The notes below the pieces were generated by a model. The model did not search any database. It had not been told where the DNA came from and was given only the letters and a program-made list of their open reading frames with translations. Both the position numbers and the translations under genes were made by a program. This document shows, piece after piece, positions 1 to 9,327 of a stretch of DNA of 52,767 nucleotides; the stretch's first letter is position 1; each line of letters starts with the position of its first letter. The DNA is taken from positions 1-52,767 of IMG/VR virus record IMGVR_UViG_3300009499_000013, one strand, 5' to 3'. The stretch is from a virus (Duplodnaviria; Caudoviricetes).

Positions 1-241
1 CCGACGGGTTCATCGCTTCAATCTTCGCAACGGCATCATCAAGAAACTTTTGAACATCCTTAGCATCCTTTTCACGATACTCAGGAGTCAGAACTAGCCG
101 GCTCGTATCAGTCGTCGATGGCTCTAGAACGATTTGTCTCATGTGGTCAGAGATATCTGTCTGTGTTAGCATCGCTAACTGCAATAGCTTCACAAGCTGT
201 GCTAGCACACTGTCATCAAGTCTGTAAAGTTGTCTTTCCAT
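1..241 (-). CDS. hypothetical protein (partial, runs off window)
   Basis: ATG at 241 opens MERQLYRLDDSVLAQLVKLLQLAMLTQ...; TATAAT lies 6 nt upstream. Confidence 0.7.
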   Translation of the reverse strand, partial: MERQLYRLDDSVLAQLVKLLQLAMLTQTDISDHMRQIVLEPSTTDTSRLVLTPEYREKDAKDVQKFLDDAVAKIEAMNPS

Positions 242-278
242 GTTCAAATTATACATGACATGATACAGTTGGGTTCAA
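242..278 (-). promoter_or_regulatory. sigma70-like promoter, likely leaderless
   Basis: TTGAAC-N19-TATAAT-N6-ATG. Confidence 0.6.
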
Positions 279-286
279 CGGCGATG

Positions 287-814
287 CTATCCCTGGATGA
301 ACCAAACAAATGCATCCTCAAATCTGTTCTTTCTGATGAACCTGAGACGCGACTTTATCTCTTCGCCTGAACGAATGACGCTTGTTGATACCCTTGAGTC
401 GTTAATGCACACGACACCATCTCCTGATTCATCTGGTAAGACAAGCGTGTAATGTCCGATTATCGCATCACGCGCATCGCGCCCATAATCATCGTCTGGT
501 CTCCAATACAAAAGAACAACGGCACAGTTCTTACATCTGAGATGCCCAATTATGCTAGCATACGTTGGCAAGCGCCTCTTTTTGATGACTGCAACGCTTC
601 CAAACAGCTTTCTAACCGCTTTGTCAAAATTTGTTATCGACGTTCCCATGATTGGGGTTGTTCGACTGAGCCCAACCAGCTGGTCATGATGCTTTTTGAT
701 TGAAAAACGATACCCAAGCCACTTACCCAGGTTGATTAATGCTGTTGGGCCACATGAATAGCTCGTTCGTTGTCTTGTGTATCTGGGCACCTTCATCCGT
801 TTATTCTTTTTCAC
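287..814 (-). CDS. C39-like cysteine peptidase
   Basis: Q-x5-C motif (QRTSYSCGPTAL), then GHYTLV and IND: a papain-like C/H/D triad. Confidence 0.75.
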   Translation of the reverse strand: MKKNKRMKVPRYTRQRTSYSCGPTALINLGKWLGYRFSIKKHHDQLVGLSRTTPIMGTSITNFDKAVRKLFGSVAVIKKRRLPTYASIIGHLRCKNCAVVLLYWRPDDDYGRDARDAIIGHYTLVLPDESGDGVVCINDSRVSTSVIRSGEEIKSRLRFIRKNRFEDAFVWFIQG

Positions 815-1578
815 ATCGTCTCCGTCCTATCTTCCTCGTCTCTAAGGAATCGCTCAATAAAATCACGGTTCTGAGAAAAGATTGGTGCCTCACTAACGAC
901 CCATGTTGAACGAACGACAGAATTCACGACGTTATCGTTCAACTTTTCTTTTAAGACAACATTTCCACGCTTGAACCCAGCATCATAATCATTCCAATTG
1001 ACACCCTTTTTAAGCATGAGCATATCCATCATCTGTGTTCTGTTCATGCCATGAAGTTCTTTGTGAGAAAAATGGGCCTGTGCAGCCATGCTTATGCTAT
1101 TTCTTTCACAATCACGCTGTCTCCAAATGAAATAATTCGTGACCTCTTCACGCGGGATGTTAAAGCACCTCGCATCGAAGATGGGAAGTTGCCCTTCACG
1201 CGCTCGGTCTGGAAAGTGCATGATGAACTCACGTGCAAACGCAGACGTTGCAGATGCAGCAGCAACAGAGCATATCTTCTGCACCTGATTTGCGAACCAC
1301 GGCTCACTGTTTAGTGTTCGAAAATCTGTCAAAAGCAACGACACCTCATCAGACTGATGATAAGCAATCCTACAGTTCTGTGCTTCAGCAGCCAATCGGC
1401 GAGCAACTGCCTTCATACATACCGTCATTCTATCATCAAACGGTTTATTCATCCCTCGCGTTAGATTGCTGAAATTTTTCCCATCAACACGAACGATGAC
1501 TGGCGATCGTCTCATAAGAGTGTGTTGTGAGACAGCCTCGTACCCCTTCATCCTATTGAAAAACGCATCATCGACCAC
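811..1578 (-). CDS. thg1: tRNA(His) guanylyltransferase Thg1-like protein
   Basis: VRVDGKNFS, KPFD, YHQSDEVSLL, FDAR, YFIWRQRDCERNS, GVNWNDY motifs. Confidence 0.93.
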   Translation of the reverse strand: MVDDAFFNRMKGYEAVSQHTLMRRSPVIVRVDGKNFSNLTRGMNKPFDDRMTVCMKAVARRLAAEAQNCRIAYHQSDEVSLLLTDFRTLNSEPWFANQVQKICSVAAASATSAFAREFIMHFPDRAREGQLPIFDARCFNIPREEVTNYFIWRQRDCERNSISMAAQAHFSHKELHGMNRTQMMDMLMLKKGVNWNDYDAGFKRGNVVLKEKLNDNVVNSVVRSTWVVSEAPIFSQNRDFIERFLRDEEDRTETM

Positions 1579-2254
1579 GGCGACACCTCATATTTTCAAA
1601 CGAAATAAGCTCAATCAAAAGCTTTTGAAAAACAGCCTCTTCATCACAGTTAGCATCAATTATGTTGTATGTTCCACCGACATCTAGCTTCTTGAAGATA
1701 TCAATGTATGAGTTTCTCACCCTTTCTAGAAGAGCTGAATTTTTCTCATACTCATCACGACGTTCTGGGCGCCTGCGAAAGCTCTCCTCGATTGGGATAT
1801 CAAGGTAGATGTTGATGTCTGGCTGTGGAAGATGGCGATACACGTTGATGAGCCAATCAACATCAACACCTGCAGCATGGCCATATGCATATGCAGATGC
1901 ATTGAAGCGGTCTGCGATGAACACGATATCGTCATCTGGTCCATCAGCAGCGAATGGCTTGCGCCGCCACAAGGATTCGGGCATTGACTCAAGTTTATTA
2001 ACAAGATGACAGCATTGAAATGCATATGAAGACACACTCTTTGTGTATTTCTTCACATCAGCATCAGGGCTCAATATCGCAGTCCAATCAGCCTTAAGAT
2101 AGCCTGCGACCATTTCTCCTGAGATTGATTCATACTCAGGCATCGCAAATCTAATGACACGCTTACCGACAGACGTGTAGTACTTTTCAAGTCTCTTCGT
2201 CTGTGAAAATTTTCCGCTTGCGTCTGCACCCTCTAGTGCAATGAACAATGACAT
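1568..2254 (-). CDS. tmk: thymidylate kinase
   Basis: P-loop LEGADASGK, IADRFxxSxxAY, PQPDINIYLD. Confidence 0.88.
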   Translation of the reverse strand: MSLFIALEGADASGKFSQTKRLEKYYTSVGKRVIRFAMPEYESISGEMVAGYLKADWTAILSPDADVKKYTKSVSSYAFQCCHLVNKLESMPESLWRRKPFAADGPDDDIVFIADRFNASAYAYGHAAGVDVDWLINVYRHLPQPDINIYLDIPIEESFRRRPERRDEYEKNSALLERVRNSYIDIFKKLDVGGTYNIIDANCDEEAVFQKLLIELISFENMRCRRGR

Positions 2255-2289
2255 CTAGTCATCATATCATGATGATGACATCAGTATCA

Positions 2290-2790
2290 CTACTTGACAA
2301 GCTTACGAATCGCATCCTCAAGCATCGATTGAACACGGAATAGGCTTGTGTCAGGATGAATGCCTAGACGCTTTGCAAGTCGAAAGACGTACTCAACGTG
2401 CTCTTTGTCTCTCTTTTCAAGCTCTGGAAGCGTCGCGACAGCATCTTCACGTGCAAGCTCTAACATACGAGGCAGTGCATCACGAAGCGTCTTTGATGAT
2501 TCCATCTCATTTGAAAGCGCATTCTCGGCGGCCTCTGTTAGCATCTGCTCTTTGATGAGCTGTTCTTCAAGCTCCTGGATTCGAGCAGTCAATGCTTTCA
2601 CTGAAGCACGTGATGCATGCTTATGAGCTGCACACTGCTCATCTGGTTGGCATATCGGACAGTCTGCACTCGTTCTTGCAGTGCGTGCTCTATTGATGAC
2701 AGACTGTAGCTCTTGTAGCTGCAAGAGCAGGTCAGCATTAAGTTGTAGCAGTTTATCATCAATCATCTGAACCATATGGCTAACTATCAC
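2290..2790 (-). CDS. hypothetical coiled-coil protein with CxxC-x5-C-xx-H
   Basis: ORF in co-oriented gene run; heptad-like composition. Confidence 0.6.
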   Translation of the reverse strand: MIVSHMVQMIDDKLLQLNADLLLQLQELQSVINRARTARTSADCPICQPDEQCAAHKHASRASVKALTARIQELEEQLIKEQMLTEAAENALSNEMESSKTLRDALPRMLELAREDAVATLPELEKRDKEHVEYVFRLAKRLGIHPDTSLFRVQSMLEDAIRKLVK

Positions 2791-2809
2791 GCAGTATATC
2801 GTTCATCAT

Positions 2810-3082
2810 TTAATGAAGAGGCTCTAGGAATATAGCATTGACGTATAACAGCTCATCTTTGTAAAGAACAACGCTCGACCCGAAGCCCAAATGAGTGCTT
2901 GGTGAATCATCAATATGAGCATGACTCTTAATCAACAACAGCGGTTCTCCTGCATGAACACTCGTATCAATGTGATAACCATAACTAAAACGTGAAATCA
3001 TGAGCATCGACAACTCTTCATCAATACGCATGTTGAACTTCGATGTATATAGCATCCCAACATGTAGCTCACTTTGACGCAT
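2810..3082 (-). CDS. hypothetical protein
   Basis: small ORF overlapping the upstream gene. Confidence 0.55.
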   Translation of the reverse strand: MRQSELHVGMLYTSKFNMRIDEELSMLMISRFSYGYHIDTSVHAGEPLLLIKSHAHIDDSPSTHLGFGSSVVLYKDELLYVNAIFLEPLH

Positions 3083-3371
3083 CTTCTAGAATCCTAGAGA
3101 CGATGTTGTAATCAAGAGGCATTATTTTTCGATTCGTGTGAAACACATTACAATCGCATAAAAGACACATCCAATACTCATCGCATGAAACAACCAAAAA
3201 CATTACGCTTCCACACTGAGGAAACTTAAACATCTTCTTGTTCCAGTCATATTCAACACGTGCGATTATATTCTTGTCGAAGACACCGAAACTGTTATGC
3301 GGAAACGTGATTACATCCCCAGTCATGATGTCGGTATCAACCATGTTTGACAAGATTAAATCATCACACAT
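3069..3371 (-). CDS. hypothetical protein
   Basis: small ORF in operon. Confidence 0.55.
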   Translation of the reverse strand: MCDDLILSNMVDTDIMTGDVITFPHNSFGVFDKNIIARVEYDWNKKMFKFPQCGSVMFLVVSCDEYWMCLLCDCNVFHTNRKIMPLDYNIVSRILEDASK

Positions 3372-3395
3372 CTGTCGATGACATTACACAACAGC

Positions 3396-4283
3396 TCAGA
3401 CCTTATCCCTTGGCATCTCAACGGCCTCTGAGCCGTCCCAAAGCCTGATGAACTTCAATCCTCTGAATAGGGTCGGCATCTCTGTCTCCATGATGCGAGC
3501 AATCTGCACATAGACGTCCCTAATCTCGGCCTCAGCGTGCTCAGTTGCTCTTAGCGGTATCGTGTTCCATATTGAGCGAGCATTTGCTGTCATCACCATG
3601 ATTGCCTCTGTGCCGTTCGGAAGAACATCACGTGCAGCTCCTCTAGCCGCCTTTCTTAACATACGCTTCTGCTCTCTTTCTGGATGAACAGACAATGATG
3701 CCATGAACTCCTCGTTCTGTCGCAGGTCATGTTCAATCATCATGAGGATGCTCTTGTATGCATCGAGTGCAGCACGATGTGTGTCTTCAATTGCCGACGT
3801 TGTCGTTGCATTAAGCTGTCCGAGGGGAGGAATTGTGAAGCCCGGGTCCCATGTACCCTCTTCATCACCATCACGCTCAAAATCACAGTATCGTGTGCTG
3901 AGCTGTGAGTATGCCCAACCAGCACGATGGCGTATCTGTTCATGTGAAAATCCTCGACCGGCTCCGACGACGAGAAAGCTGAATGATGCATGCTCAAGCA
4001 CTGAGCCGTGCGCTGGACCTGCTCTGAATGACCCATCAGGAAGCCTACCCAGAAGATTATCGATGTAGGTTGCGTTCGTCTTTGAGCCAGCCTTATTTCC
4101 AAAACTCATGTAGCAACATCTTCCAGCCAACTCTGTCAGCTGTTCAGGACCACATGGAGAATTAGAGCCCAAGGGTTCTGTGGGCCATGCAAGACACTGC
4201 TCTTGTAAGAACGACGTTATTCCCTGAACATTCAGCTGTGATTTGGCGATGAGATAAACTCTGGGCTTTGTGCAAATACGCAT
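3396..4283 (-). CDS. thyX: FAD-dependent thymidylate synthase
   Basis: AGRCCYMS, HGSVLEH, RHRx7S signature (RHRAGWAYSQLSTRY), ARDVLPN, AEAEIR. Confidence 0.93.
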   Translation of the reverse strand: MRICTKPRVYLIAKSQLNVQGITSFLQEQCLAWPTEPLGSNSPCGPEQLTELAGRCCYMSFGNKAGSKTNATYIDNLLGRLPDGSFRAGPAHGSVLEHASFSFLVVGAGRGFSHEQIRHRAGWAYSQLSTRYCDFERDGDEEGTWDPGFTIPPLGQLNATTTSAIEDTHRAALDAYKSILMMIEHDLRQNEEFMASLSVHPEREQKRMLRKAARGAARDVLPNGTEAIMVMTANARSIWNTIPLRATEHAEAEIRDVYVQIARIMETEMPTLFRGLKFIRLWDGSEAVEMPRDKV

Positions 4284-4315
4284 GTGTTCATTTTATATGA
4301 ACTGCGTTTTCATTG

Positions 4316-5035
4316 TCATCTTTTACGACGAAAGACAGAGTCGATGATGGCCTGTTCTTTAGCAGAAAACTCATCATCATCAACATCTATTGACTCAGCA
4401 ACAAGCTTTTTGAAATCTTTCACCTTCATCTTAATCATTTCTTTTGATTTTACTATCGGTGCAGTGCTTTCTTTGATGCTGGCTACTTTTTTCTTTATTT
4501 CTACATGCTTTTTAACAGCTTCTCTGTTAATGTGTTCAGCTACTGATTTTGTTTGAGCTACCTTCTGCTGTGCATTTTCATGCTGTTTTTGCTGTTTTGG
4601 CTGTGAAAGAGTTTGCGGCTGTAGTTGTGGTTTTAGTTGTTGCTTCACAATGGGTTTAGCCATCGATGCCTCAACATTTATTTGCTGCTGTTCAATTACG
4701 CTAGAATGTGTTGCTTGTTGTATCGTTTCTACTTGTACAGACATCGGTCTGACAAAATTTGCATCAAATTGAACTGGGGTAAAGTATCTACCGTCGATAA
4801 TGACTTCAACAAGAGCTTTATACGTTCCTTCATCAAATCCCTTACTCTCCATGCTAGGGACGATAAACTTATGCATACCGTCATCATTTTGCTTACCCTT
4901 AACGACATATGCATTCTCTAAATTCTCAAACACCAACCTAACAGCTGACGGTTCTTTACTTGAGCCCTTTATTGCAACCTTTAAAAGTAACTCATTTGTT
5001 TCATTGAGATTTAAGACTATTTTTTCGTCAGTCAT
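4316..5035 (-). CDS. hypothetical, probable virion protein
   Basis: Ig-like N-terminus, Q-rich linker, late-type TACTTA motif upstream. Confidence 0.6.
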   Translation of the reverse strand: MTDEKIVLNLNETNELLLKVAIKGSSKEPSAVRLVFENLENAYVVKGKQNDDGMHKFIVPSMESKGFDEGTYKALVEVIIDGRYFTPVQFDANFVRPMSVQVETIQQATHSSVIEQQQINVEASMAKPIVKQQLKPQLQPQTLSQPKQQKQHENAQQKVAQTKSVAEHINREAVKKHVEIKKKVASIKESTAPIVKSKEMIKMKVKDFKKLVAESIDVDDDEFSAKEQAIIDSVFRRKR

Positions 5036-5408
5036 TTCTACGCACCATTCCAGCGCTTATAAGTATTTCTGAGTGTTCATTCATGTTATTATTCACATCA
5101 ACGATGACTGCAGACATGATAATTGACGTTGAGTCATCAACTGTAAAGTTTTTTGAACCGACTAGCTCATTTGAAAAATCGATAAATGGCGCAAAAGCTT
5201 TTAAAGAATAATCAATAACTACAGCACGTTGATTATGTCGCTCATCATTTTTAGAACCTGAACCACCACGTAAATGTCTCGGACGGTATAGATTAACAGT
5301 CGATTCATATACTGCATCATCACTTGATTGCATCCCAAGCATACTAATGCTATACGGGCCAGCTAACATGCCCATTGTAGCAATGTCAACAGGAGATACA
5401 ATCAACAT
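5028..5408 (-). CDS. hypothetical protein
   Basis: overlaps neighbouring genes in a structural operon. Confidence 0.6.
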   Translation of the reverse strand: MLIVSPVDIATMGMLAGPYSISMLGMQSSDDAVYESTVNLYRPRHLRGGSGSKNDERHNQRAVVIDYSLKAFAPFIDFSNELVGSKNFTVDDSTSIIMSAVIVDVNNNMNEHSEILISAGMVRRND

Positions 5409-6064
5409 CAGACTCTCGTGACTGTTACAGTTCCATCACCTGCAGTTGATATAGTTTGTTCGATGTCTGAGCCGTCTGACACACGACGCTGTGTTGTAGA
5501 AACTATTAATGGTTTCGTCGGGTCAAGGCCCATGATGTTATACAACTCTAGAAGCATTGTCGCCTGATTGTCAGTGAGACCCTGAGATGCTCTGCTTGAA
5601 ACAGCTGCATCCAAATTATCTATCTTGGGGGCGCGTGCTGTCGTGTATCCCTGTGCAGTTAATGCCGCCTGAACAGTAGCTTGGTCTACACCACCGACAG
5701 TCACAGCAATTGCCGCTGAGGAGCGCTCGATGATGATTGTGACGACAAAATCTCCAAGTGTTGGAGTGAACATTGTAAGGTTTGGGTCAAGTGAGTATAG
5801 ATTTCCAGTTATTCTAACTTCATGGTCAAGCTCTTGAGGTCTAATCATCCACCCATTAGTCGTATTAAGAAAGATGTAGGGTGCAACATACAGGCCAGAA
5901 CCGATTGGGTCTCCACCGATGCTTGAAAAAGCATAAACGTATTTTGAATTATCATCGGTCATGACCCAGTCTTTCCAACGTGAGTACAGGTCTTTGACAG
6001 AGAATGCAGTCGTTCCAGCATCTAATATGACTAACTTGTTCGCTCCGTCGAATGTATACGTCAT
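5408..6064 (-). CDS. putative virion structural protein
   Basis: T/G/S-rich beta composition; in operon with large structural genes. Confidence 0.6.
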   Translation of the reverse strand: MTYTFDGANKLVILDAGTTAFSVKDLYSRWKDWVMTDDNSKYVYAFSSIGGDPIGSGLYVAPYIFLNTTNGWMIRPQELDHEVRITGNLYSLDPNLTMFTPTLGDFVVTIIIERSSAAIAVTVGGVDQATVQAALTAQGYTTARAPKIDNLDAAVSSRASQGLTDNQATMLLELYNIMGLDPTKPLIVSTTQRRVSDGSDIEQTISTAGDGTVTVTRV

Positions 6065-6075
6065 ATGAGCCTAAC

Positions 6076-9000
6076 TCAGGGATTATTGTACTGTCTATCA
6101 ATGACTTGAGCTGCCTGAAGCGTTAATCCAGAACCAAGTGATTGTGAAAGAAAACGTGTATTTTGGTATCCCAATGACAACACAGATATATCAACTGCTG
6201 GATACAACGTAACGTCAATTGATGCTGTGAAAATTCCTGATGTAACAGATTCTTCTCCTGCGACAGATGATGTAGTGTTATATGCAAACACCCTAACCTC
6301 AGACGGATTTTTCAGGTTAGTGATAGTGAGAGGCACAAGGTCTAGAGGGTACTGATAGACCCTAGAACCCGTTGTTGAAAGCGTCAATGAGTATAGAGAC
6401 GTGATTGCTGTAGCGTTGCTTGCGCTTGTGAATAATGAAATCTTTTTTCGAAATCCAAGCGCTGGATTGATGTTCGTTTCATTCGGTAGATGACAGAAGC
6501 GAAGGATACCAGACACTGCGCCGATGTTCGGTCTGTCGATAGATGCAGAACGCGTGTTCAAGACAGACACGACACGTGCACCAGGACTTACGTTTGTTCC
6601 AAACACATAATCATCGGGTGCAACACCATCTGTCACATCCATCGTGACTATTGATGCACCCGACGCGCCGCCTCCTCCAGTCTTCGGTAGAGACATGTTA
6701 TAGAACGTTCCTGACACAGAACCAGAACCGAATCCATTACCATCATTCCTGTCTAGAGCATAATAGATGTTGTAGTTCGTCAGTGTTCCGCCAGCCATGA
6801 TTGGTTCTGCTAGCGCAAATCCAGTATGACCCAAGAAGTAATTCGGTGATGTGAAAATAGCCTGTTGCCCAACGCTGGGCATATAAAGACCGCCGGCTGA
6901 TGTAAATGCTGACGAGCCAGACAATGTATATTGGTCTGACGTATCAGAGGTTGATTCGTTCATCATCAGACCGACTCGACCAGTAGCATTAGTAACATCT
7001 AATGTTCCTGATGTCGAACCAGCGTTTAAGCACGTGAACGTAAACTGACTAGCAGTCACAACAGTGATTGCTTTAGCCCCACGCGTTATTGTCGTATCAC
7101 CACTACTAGCAGAAGACACAATGACTGTCTCACCCGTTCTTAAACCATGTAATGATGATGTCACTGTTGCTGTCGTCGTGACACGTGTCCATGGCACAGC
7201 AGAGCCAGAATATACCTCACCAGTGAAGCAATCGAACCAGTGCGTTCCATACACTGATGTTTGTGCGGTCAATGATGGTGTTGCAAAAGCTCCCTTCAAC
7301 TCTTCATTTAAAGCATTAAACACGGGAGCATTTGTGTAATCTCCCATGACATTTTCAAACAACACGTTCTTGCTAGAGTTATCTGCCGTGTACACGTTCG
7401 TTCTAAGGTGTGGTGTGTAGCATCTTTTAACCTCGATACCATCCGCAGCAGCTCCAGCGACCAATGCAACTAATGTGCTTGTCATAGTTGGATAATAGCT
7501 CAATGTTCCGGAAAGACTGCCGGCGTTTAATGCAGCGAACGTAAATATGTCTGCAGATGGTACCGATGTAACCGTCTTCGCACCAACAGTGACGGCCGCG
7601 ATGTTGCTTGAAACTATCGCATACACAATGTCGTTGACGTTCAGCCCGTGTGCGCTACCCGTGACAGCAGCTGTCGTTGTGATGCGTGACCAGACGAGGT
7701 TGTTTCGTCTCGTATCACCCATATCTAACGGCGATGCATACGAACCGATATTTCTTAATTTAATGTTGCTACAACCAGCCAACCCAACATTTAAAACACC
7801 GTTATACGGTTGAACAAGCGTCAGACCGCCGAATGTCAAGCCGTCGATTGTGATGTTTGTGCATGCAGTAACAAGGTCGAATGCATACATCGGATTCGTT
7901 GTTGCTGTCGTTGATGCAGGCACATCGAAGTATGTCGTCGTCGTGAATGAACAATCTGCACATGTTGTTAAAAACACCCGGCCGCATCCGACTGTCGTAT
8001 TTGACCACACACAGCTAGCCATTCGAGTGATTGTTGCCGCACCGGTCGTGGCATTTCCACGAGCAGCCAGCGAAAACAACTTTACATTGGTGAATGTGAA
8101 TTCCTTTATATCTGCCATCGATACGATGTATGTGCTAGCTGATGCAAGCGTTGCACGTGCAAAGACGCATGTATCAATCGTGCCACCAGCGAAACATAGC
8201 GTCATGTTCAATGCAAGCTGTGCATTTGCTGCTTCATGCCCGACACCGATGTTTGACCATACAATCGGTGATGCTATCTCTTGAACAACGAGTGCAGTTA
8301 AAATTGCTGTGTTCGTTAATGCAACAGAGAAAGGCTGAACAAAGTTGCAATACCAGTTGATGCAGGCCTTGTCGATATCAATGACACCTGCTCCTGTTGT
8401 CGCAAACTCCATTCTTGTTGCAAGCGTAGCATTTGGAAGAACGTTCGCGGTTGGTGTTGCTGCAGTACAACAGACAAAAAATATGTTTGGAATACGAATT
8501 CGTAACCCGCTTGCAGGGATGTATCCTCCGGTTGAATTTGTTCCGTCGTGCCCAAAACGAAGCAAACCAGCAGTCGATATCCAACATACCTTACCCCTGA
8601 CTGCATCCGTCGCTATAGACGCTAAGAGTGCTGTTTGCGAACCAGCGCATGGATAAAATTCATAAACACCAGATGACGCAGATGTCTCAACCCAAACACC
8701 GGGCAGATACACTGCTGATGAGCCATTGCTTGGTATCTGATATGTTGTTGCACGACTGCCATCTGTCGTTCCTATTGCATACCAATCACCCCTGACGAGG
8801 AATGTGTTGAGTCTGTTGACCGTCACTGTGAGTGCATCAACACCGACAATTTCAATCCAACCAGCGATATCAGCTCCTGTTGCACTTGCACTGATACCAG
8901 TCAACGCTCCAGCAGTAAATGCAACAGAGTTCCATTGCTTTATTTTGATGTATCCAGACGCAGGCATTGCAGCACCTGCAGCCGTGGGTGCTACATTCAA

Positions 9001-9309
9001 CGCAGAATACACACCTATCAAAAGCCCGCTAGCCCCGCCGATTGATATTGTTGTGTTGCTAGCGGGTACTGTGCTAGCACCAGTATCAAATGGTATGAGT
9101 CTAACTAGAGTTGAGTTAAATTCAATGGTGCCGCCAAGCGTCGCTGATAGCGTGATGTTGCCCATTCCAGCAGACGTGTTATTATTCGTGCCGTATCTTG
9201 AGTCTTGGTCGACAGTTAGATAACCGCCGTTGATGTTATACGTATCACTGCCTCCCTTAGCAGCGAGGGTATCGATATTGACCGCCGTCGTTATAGCATA
9301 TGTGGTCAT
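6076..9309 (-). CDS. large tail fibre/spike-like protein with beta-helix-like region and two HGL repeats
   Basis: 1077 aa, T/A/G/S-rich; repeats WSRITTTAAVTGSAHGLNVND and WTRVTTTATVTSSLHGLRTGE; C-terminus DRQYNNP. Confidence 0.65.
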   Translation of the reverse strand: MTTYAITTAVNIDTLAAKGGSDTYNINGGYLTVDQDSRYGTNNNTSAGMGNITLSATLGGTIEFNSTLVRLIPFDTGASTVPASNTTISIGGASGLLIGVYSALNVAPTAAGAAMPASGYIKIKQWNSVAFTAGALTGISASATGADIAGWIEIVGVDALTVTVNRLNTFLVRGDWYAIGTTDGSRATTYQIPSNGSSAVYLPGVWVETSASSGVYEFYPCAGSQTALLASIATDAVRGKVCWISTAGLLRFGHDGTNSTGGYIPASGLRIRIPNIFFVCCTAATPTANVLPNATLATRMEFATTGAGVIDIDKACINWYCNFVQPFSVALTNTAILTALVVQEIASPIVWSNIGVGHEAANAQLALNMTLCFAGGTIDTCVFARATLASASTYIVSMADIKEFTFTNVKLFSLAARGNATTGAATITRMASCVWSNTTVGCGRVFLTTCADCSFTTTTYFDVPASTTATTNPMYAFDLVTACTNITIDGLTFGGLTLVQPYNGVLNVGLAGCSNIKLRNIGSYASPLDMGDTRRNNLVWSRITTTAAVTGSAHGLNVNDIVYAIVSSNIAAVTVGAKTVTSVPSADIFTFAALNAGSLSGTLSYYPTMTSTLVALVAGAAADGIEVKRCYTPHLRTNVYTADNSSKNVLFENVMGDYTNAPVFNALNEELKGAFATPSLTAQTSVYGTHWFDCFTGEVYSGSAVPWTRVTTTATVTSSLHGLRTGETVIVSSASSGDTTITRGAKAITVVTASQFTFTCLNAGSTSGTLDVTNATGRVGLMMNESTSDTSDQYTLSGSSAFTSAGGLYMPSVGQQAIFTSPNYFLGHTGFALAEPIMAGGTLTNYNIYYALDRNDGNGFGSGSVSGTFYNMSLPKTGGGGASGASIVTMDVTDGVAPDDYVFGTNVSPGARVVSVLNTRSASIDRPNIGAVSGILRFCHLPNETNINPALGFRKKISLFTSASNATAITSLYSLTLSTTGSRVYQYPLDLVPLTITNLKNPSEVRVFAYNTTSSVAGEESVTSGIFTASIDVTLYPAVDISVLSLGYQNTRFLSQSLGSGLTLQAAQVIDRQYNNP

Positions 9310-9327
9310 GCATTAAACATTATAACA

